Below, piece by piece: positions 59,690 to 64,000 of a DNA stretch of 64,000 nucleotides. A program made the translations under genes and the position numbers. The notes below the pieces were generated by a model. That model worked only from the letters and a program-made list of their open reading frames with translations, made no database searches and was not told the origin of the DNA. Source of the stretch: a virus; the IMG/VR virus record IMGVR_UViG_3300045988_125846, positions 32,001-96,000 of that record. One strand, 5' to 3'. The number at the start of each line of letters is the position of its first letter. Position 1 is the first letter of the stretch.

Positions 59690-59811
59690 TTGATTTCTCT
59701 TGCCTTTACCATTGCATTATTCATTTCAATACAAATTCCATGACAAATTCTCCTGTCTCCACATCGCTTGCATAGTGAAACGAACAATGTTTCCTTAATT
59801 TCCTTTGCCAT
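59674..59811 (-). CDS. hypothetical small Cys-containing protein (45 aa)
   Basis: Own translation MAKEIKETLFVSLCKRCGDRRICHGICIEMNNAMVKAREIKATAK. Coupled to the upstream stop (TAAATG). Confidence 0.35.
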   Translation of the reverse strand: MAKEIKETLFVSLCKRCGDRRICHGICIEMNNAMVKAREIKATAK

Positions 59812-59925
59812 TTAGACCTCTTCTCTCTCTAAAAGTGTTTCGTAATATTGGCTTTCGCTTTCAAAAAGCTGGTATTTTCCATTGATCCAACCCATATAAC
59901 CATCCGGTACTTCATATCCTTTCAT
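59812..59925 (-). CDS. hypothetical small protein (37 aa)
   Basis: Own translation MKGYEVPDGYMGWINGKYQLFESESQYYETLLEREEV. Confidence 0.3.
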   Translation of the reverse strand: MKGYEVPDGYMGWINGKYQLFESESQYYETLLEREEV

Positions 59926-60084
59926 TTATTTTTTCGCCTCTCTTTCTGTTCTCCTTGCTAAATTATTTTCGCTATCTGGGCAAATTCCCATAGCTAATAA
60001 TGCGTCTTTCGCTGTGCATCCTGTAATAATCGCATAGAATAATGCGTCCCATGGTGCTTGATTATCCCGTAATGTTCTTGCCAT
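59926..60084 (-). CDS. hypothetical protein (52 aa)
   Basis: Track ORF trimmed to the ATG after AGGGAGAG. Confidence 0.4.
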   Translation of the reverse strand: MARTLRDNQAPWDALFYAIITGCTAKDALLAMGICPDSENNLARRTEREAKK

Positions 60085-60101
60085 GATTTTCACTCTCCCT
60101 T

Positions 60102-60278
60102 CTATAACAGTCCACATGCGGCTAATAATTTCTTTGCAAATGGATGCTTGTTTGCTTCCAATTTGCGTTTCAACTCTCTGTTGTAACGCTCCTCAAAATA
60201 ATCACGCTCTGATTGTGCGATTTCTGCTTCTGGACGATTATCAATAACATCATAACCATCCTTAATGATAATTATCAT
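60102..60278 (-). CDS. hypothetical small protein (58 aa)
   Basis: Own translation MIIIIKDGYDVIDNRPEAEIAQSERDYFEERYNRELKRKLEANKHPFAKKLLAACGLL; SD AAGGAGGAG. Confidence 0.4.
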   Translation of the reverse strand: MIIIIKDGYDVIDNRPEAEIAQSERDYFEERYNRELKRKLEANKHPFAKKLLAACGLL

Positions 60279-60303
60279 TTGACTTTTCTCCTCCTTTTGT
60301 GCA

Positions 60304-60477
60304 TTAAAAAAGCGATGCTAACGTCTGCGCTAACATCGCTTTACTCATGTTGTTGGTTTTGATACCATGGTTTCGTTTTACTTCTGCCCGGACTGAATAG
60401 ATCCGTGGTGGTCTGCTTGCTTTTGCAATTTCATAATCACAATAAGCATTGTGAATTTGTTTTGCTTTCTCTGACAT
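60304..60477 (-). CDS. hypothetical small protein (57 aa)
   Basis: Own translation MSEKAKQIHNAYCDYEIAKASRPPRIYSVRAEVKRNHGIKTNNMSKAMLAQTLASLF; SD AGGAGGAATC. Confidence 0.4.
   Translation of the reverse strand: MSEKAKQIHNAYCDYEIAKASRPPRIYSVRAEVKRNHGIKTNNMSKAMLAQTLASLF
60305..60343 (-). terminator. rho-independent terminator overlapping the 3' end of the preceding small ORF
   Basis: AAAGCGATG...CATCGCTTT stem followed by TTTTTTAATG on the minus strand. Confidence 0.5.
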
Positions 60478-60496
60478 GGTGATTCCTCCTTATTAT

Positions 60497-60994
60497 TTAC
60501 CACTCTGCACCGCTATATCTGACCTGTAAGATAATATCATCGGTTATCTTTTCTGTTCCGTTACTATCCATGAGCATAGATACTACATCTTCATCTTCAT
60601 AGTCTTCACAGCCACGAAATTTCCATTTGTTTCCGCTATAATCCTGTACAGTGACAACGTTTTGCTTTTTGTTTGCCCTTATTACTTTCGCTGTCAAAGG
60701 ATATGTTTTGTTTTCATCTAAATCTTTAAGATGCGGAAGTTTCTCACAGATTTTTGAATACGAATATCCATCTGCCTTATTGAACTGCTTTGTTGTATCG
60801 CCAAGCTCAAAGCAGAGATATCCATATTTGTCATAGAAATAACCAGCAATGTCACAGATTGGGATTGCATTTGTTACACTGATCTGCTTTGGAGTTGAGG
60901 CATTGACTGTTTGCGTTTGTTGCATTGTGCCTACTGTGTAGGATGTAAGGATTGTTGCTGTTGTAAGAATGAGTGATAATAATTTCTTTTTCAT
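60497..60994 (-). CDS. secreted protein with signal peptide (165 aa)
   Basis: Start trimmed to MKKKLLSLILTTATILTSYTVG (SD GGAG). No family recognised. Confidence 0.55.
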   Translation of the reverse strand: MKKKLLSLILTTATILTSYTVGTMQQTQTVNASTPKQISVTNAIPICDIAGYFYDKYGYLCFELGDTTKQFNKADGYSYSKICEKLPHLKDLDENKTYPLTAKVIRANKKQNVVTVQDYSGNKWKFRGCEDYEDEDVVSMLMDSNGTEKITDDIILQVRYSGAEW

Positions 60995-61084
60995 ATTTGT
61001 TCTCCTTTTCTGATTGTTTTTGGGTATAAAAAATAGCACCCGGAAATTGGGTGCTTGATTGGTGCTGTGGTTATATTTGACGCA

Positions 61085-61375
61085 TTATTTGCCTTGTAAT
61101 TGCTTTTTCTTTGCCTCAAGTTCTGCTATTTGTTGCTCTATTGAGGCAATTGCTTCGTTTGCCTTGTTATATTTTTCATCTGGTATCCATTCCATAATTT
61201 CCCCTGGTTGGACTTGGAGATATTCGCAGATACGATTTAATGTATCTGTTTTAAATACTTCATTTTTACTTATTTTAGACACAACATTAGTGCTAATTCC
61301 TGTATCTTTACATAGTTGTGTTTTTGTTATTTTGCGTTCGCTTAAAAGTGTATCAAGTTTATAATATACTATCAT
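61085..61375 (-). CDS. XRE-family helix-turn-helix regulator (96 aa) with coiled-coil tail
   Basis: ITKTQLCKDTGISTNVVSKISKNE. ATG after AAAGGAGG. Confidence 0.7.
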   Translation of the reverse strand: MIVYYKLDTLLSERKITKTQLCKDTGISTNVVSKISKNEVFKTDTLNRICEYLQVQPGEIMEWIPDEKYNKANEAIASIEQQIAELEAKKKQLQGK

Positions 61376-61444
61376 ATAATTTTCGCCTCCTTTTATATAT
61401 TCAAAGATAGCATATTATTTGACTTTTTTCAAGTGCTATCATTT

Positions 61445-61612
61445 TTATTTACCATATGTCAATGCATATGGTTTTGCCTTGAACCATTTACGTATATTGT
61501 CAGTAAGTCCCCATGAAGTTTGTGCAAAGTCGTTTTGATCGTTTAGCACTTCTTTCATTGCTTCTTTTTTCGCTTTTGCATGTTTAATTGCCATGCTTCT
61601 ATCTTTTCCCAT
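61445..61612 (-). CDS. hypothetical basic protein (55 aa)
   Basis: Start trimmed to the ATG after AAGGAGG. Confidence 0.4.
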   Translation of the reverse strand: MGKDRSMAIKHAKAKKEAMKEVLNDQNDFAQTSWGLTDNIRKWFKAKPYALTYGK

Positions 61613-61629
61613 GATTTTATCCTCCTTTT

Positions 61630-61857
61630 TTAGAATCTCCAATGATGCTTGAATTTATCAGGTATAGCAGTTGCAGTTACAGTTCTACCCCAGCAGTCGG
61701 AAATTTTCCCTTCCATTAGACAACCAAACTCATTTGCAGAGTTTGACAGTGTTACTAGCTGAGAAGTAACGGAGCAAATTTCATCTCCGAAAAGCTCAGA
61801 GTTGGCTGTGAGCTGATTTGCAAGTGCATGGATTTCATTTTTTCTGAATTTCAACAT
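61630..61857 (-). CDS. hypothetical protein (75 aa)
   Basis: Start trimmed to the ATG after AAGGAGGG. Confidence 0.45.
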   Translation of the reverse strand: MLKFRKNEIHALANQLTANSELFGDEICSVTSQLVTLSNSANEFGCLMEGKISDCWGRTVTATAIPDKFKHHWRF

Positions 61858-61949
61858 GTCAATTCCCTCCTTAATTTTAAAAATGCACACTATAAAAAGG
61901 GCAAAGTATTTGCCTTGCCCTCTCTAACTATGCATTTTATGGTTGCATA

Positions 61950-62618
61950 CTATTTGTTGTTTTTCTTAGATTTTTTTGTGTACTTGTCAGTTAATACGCT
62001 AGGAATATCGGCAGGTTTAATAGTTCCTGCTTCTACCATCCACTCAAAGCCTACACCGTAAAGGTTTTTAAGCGCATTTGTTACGTCATACTTGAGAGCC
62101 TTTGTACCGTTAGACTTTACAACGGTTTTCGTGTCAATCTTCTTACCGATTGATTCCAGAACGGCAGTTTCAAATGTTGTACCTGCTACATCAAGTTTGT
62201 AAACTTTGTAGAAGTTCTCTACTGCTGTCTTGACATCTTCTAAGCACTTAGCATCTTTCATAGCTTTGCGGAATTTTTTGTCGTGTTCGTTGTATTCAAA
62301 AGAAGCTTGTTCTTTGAGCAACTTATCCCACTCAACCTTTAAGCCTTCATTGATAGTTACATAATTAGTACGCATCCGGTTCAGATCCTCAACTGTAATG
62401 TCAAGATTTCCCGAACCTTTTTCGAGCATGTCGTCAATGGCTGCAATACTGTTATTATTAGCATCAATTTTTGAGCCATAGATTGTATTCAGTTCGGCTT
62501 TTTTGATGATGCAACGGAAAAATTCAGAAGTCCGTGTTGATAATGTGCGTGCTGACTGGAAAAAGTCAACTTTAGTGTTGTTTGTTGCTACTGTTGTGTT
62601 AGTTGTTGTTTTACTCAT
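61950..62618 (-). CDS. hypothetical protein (222 aa), first gene downstream of the triple promoter
   Basis: ATG after CGGAGAAAGAG. No family recognised. Confidence 0.55.
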   Translation of the reverse strand: MSKTTTNTTVATNNTKVDFFQSARTLSTRTSEFFRCIIKKAELNTIYGSKIDANNNSIAAIDDMLEKGSGNLDITVEDLNRMRTNYVTINEGLKVEWDKLLKEQASFEYNEHDKKFRKAMKDAKCLEDVKTAVENFYKVYKLDVAGTTFETAVLESIGKKIDTKTVVKSNGTKALKYDVTNALKNLYGVGFEWMVEAGTIKPADIPSVLTDKYTKKSKKNNK

Positions 62619-63199
62619 AATGTTCTCTTTCTCCGACTTGACGCAATCGGTGCTATGTATTTTTATTGTGTACGTTGTTATCCTCAGCTTTTAACAGACT
62701 TGGAACTGTCAATCTTTGCAGACTGGTAGCTTTATAACGTCCTCCTCACCTTACCTAGTGCACCTCACACCGTTGTACTTTCGTACGCCCCTAAAGAGTA
62801 TTCATGCTTAGTCTTGAGCATTCATGACCTCTAACCCCTTTAGGATATAGATACAGACCTCAATATTCAATTCCTACGAGTTGGGGAACGTAGGCACTCT
62901 ATTTTCACCCCGAATTGCAATGCAAATAGTTAGAATACAAGCCGTAACTTATTTTCGTAGTGTGGTTTGTGCCGTAACACTTGCCACCTATCCGCAAAGG
63001 CATTTTTAAAGATATGCAAACTTTTTGTGGAATTTTTGCATGAAATATGCTAAGATATGTAATGCTATGGTGTAGCGTTTCATGCGTTCCACTATGTAAG
63101 GGTGTAAGGTGTGATAGACTTTGCACCCTATTTATAGGTTGCTACCCTATATATAAGCTATAAGTTTGAACATTTAAGTCAATCGCTTGACTTGTTTAA

Positions 63200-63228
63200 A
63201 GTATATCATGTTACTTGTCTGTTGTCAA
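63200..63228 (-). promoter_or_regulatory. sigma-A-type promoter P1 (TTGACA-17-TATACT)
   Basis: -35 at 63223-63228 and -10 at 63200-63205, on the minus strand. AAGTCAAG lies just downstream of the -10. Confidence 0.6.
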
Positions 63229-63301
63229 GTATTATTTTAGGATTGCTTGCAAAGAAGTTTAAAGTCTTGTTACTTCCTAATTATTCACTTGACTTAATAC
63301 A

Positions 63302-63330
63302 AGTATATCAGATATTCTTTTGCTTGTCAA
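63302..63330 (-). promoter_or_regulatory. sigma-A-type promoter P2 (TTGACA-17-TATACT)
   Basis: -35 at 63325-63330 and -10 at 63302-63307. Same cassette as P1. Confidence 0.6.
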
Positions 63331-63380
63331 GAGTCAATCTCTAATTTCTTAAAAATTGTTTGTTCTCTTGACTTGATTAT

Positions 63381-63409
63381 ATACTATCACATGAATTGTC
63401 TAAAGTCAA
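63381..63409 (-). promoter_or_regulatory. sigma-A-type promoter P3 (TTGACT-17-TAGTAT)
   Basis: -35 at 63404-63409 and -10 at 63381-63386. Same cassette as P1 and P2. Confidence 0.5.
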
Positions 63410-64000
63410 GTATTATTTTTCAAAAAATACGATAAATTATAATACAAACATATGTTCTACTTGGATAATCCAGATCTGATTTTATAGAACGTTTGTTCTA
63501 TCCAAAAACAATGTATAATATATATCTATTATCCACTGTTTTTGCCTAACCCGGGGTAGTTAAAACTAATTAGATGGGCTGGAAATGTAGTAAACCTTAT
63601 AGCTGATTCATCCACACACCAACTCAAAAATCTAACCCTTCCCAATATTCAAAATCCCAACAAAATCAAGCAAAATCCAAAATTTCACCCTTCAAACCAC
63701 TTATCGTACCCCATATCGTCAAATTCCACTAAAATCAAGCATTTCAGCCACTTCAACCCCAAAAAATTAAATTCCTATCTCACCAAAAATTCACCCATAA
63801 TTTCAAAATTATCCTTATTTATAAGCACTTTTGCCGATAACGATTTTTCCATCAAAAGTCACACTCAAGAATCTCAACATATGGGGGTATTAAAACCTTC
63901 GCACAAATCACCTTTTAAATAGAGATATCCATATATAAAACAGCAATAAAAAGGACTATAGCCAAAGCCATAGTCCAATAAACAAATATTCAACAATATA

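Noticed and set aside
62905-63126. 73-aa minus-strand ORF in the leader region.
   Set aside because: It has a GTG start without an SD, a His/Leu/Ser-rich odd composition, and sits inside a repeat- and hairpin-rich non-coding stretch.
1-64000. Genome-wide TAG reassignment (code-15-like), suggested by the in-frame TAGs at 95-97, 46929-46931 and 46869-46871 and by nadD-TAG-AP2 being in frame.
   Set aside because: By my inspection about 17 genes in the window end in TAG with the next gene's SD following (for example 5159, 8535, 9723, 10887, 11791, 13660, 22593). Two are backed by an immediate TAA (49208, 57122). Only 3 TAG-terminated genes are in frame with the next ORF, which is no more than chance. 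Local readthrough or recoding restricted to genes outside this window remains possible and is reported as a finding.
1-64000. CRISPR arrays, rRNA genes, transposases or IS elements.
   Set aside because: I saw no regularly spaced direct repeats of 25-40 bp, no rRNA-like sequence and no transposase motifs. The only recombinase is the tyrosine integrase at 42481-43461.

Overview
The window is an AT-rich, almost entirely unidirectional gene array. About 62 kb is read leftward on the minus strand. I count roughly 140 mostly small genes with strong GGAG/GGAGG Shine-Dalgarno sites, and only one convincing plus-strand gene (an RHH regulator, 42100-42270). I recognise no virion structural, replication or conjugation genes. 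The content (Lar, PAPS-reductase-like, an AP2 homing-endonuclease-like gene, tRNAs, many micro-genes, integrase/XRE/RHH, three DNA methyltransferases) looks like the early/accessory arm of a large temperate Firmicutes-type phage or phage-plasmid. That assignment is inference.

The right end (62.7-64.0 kb) is non-coding. It carries three tandem consensus sigma-A-type promoters firing leftward, a long GC-elevated leader, and a G-depleted A/C-rich tract.

Recognisable cargo:
- A complete deamidating NAD+ salvage operon, pncA-[HD-like]-pncB-nadD-[AP2 homing-endonuclease-like gene]-nadE (22.8-27.4 kb).
- A membrane/Ca2+ module with a P2-type Ca2+ ATPase, three TerD paralogs and a PspA/TelA-like protein (30.9-36.3 kb).
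- A tRNA-end repair set: a Thg1-like gene fragment with an in-frame TAG, a RlaP-type nucleotidyltransferase overlapping a CCA-adding enzyme, a HAD phosphatase, and two tRNA genes without encoded CCA.
- A short PurA/PurZ-like adenylosuccinate synthetase next to a vWA protein.
- A 735-aa fusion of a sigma-70-like factor with a DUF262/ParB-fold domain.
- MazF-like and HicA-like toxins without canonical partners, placed in a divergent-promoter switch with the RHH gene.
- A tyrosine recombinase co-operonic with an XRE regulator.

Several recurrent non-coding elements are described under findings: paired ACTATATATAGT palindromes, GATTCA-loop hairpins, and a motif upstream of at least 19 ribosome-binding sites.

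All family calls come from motif recognition by eye. No searches were run.
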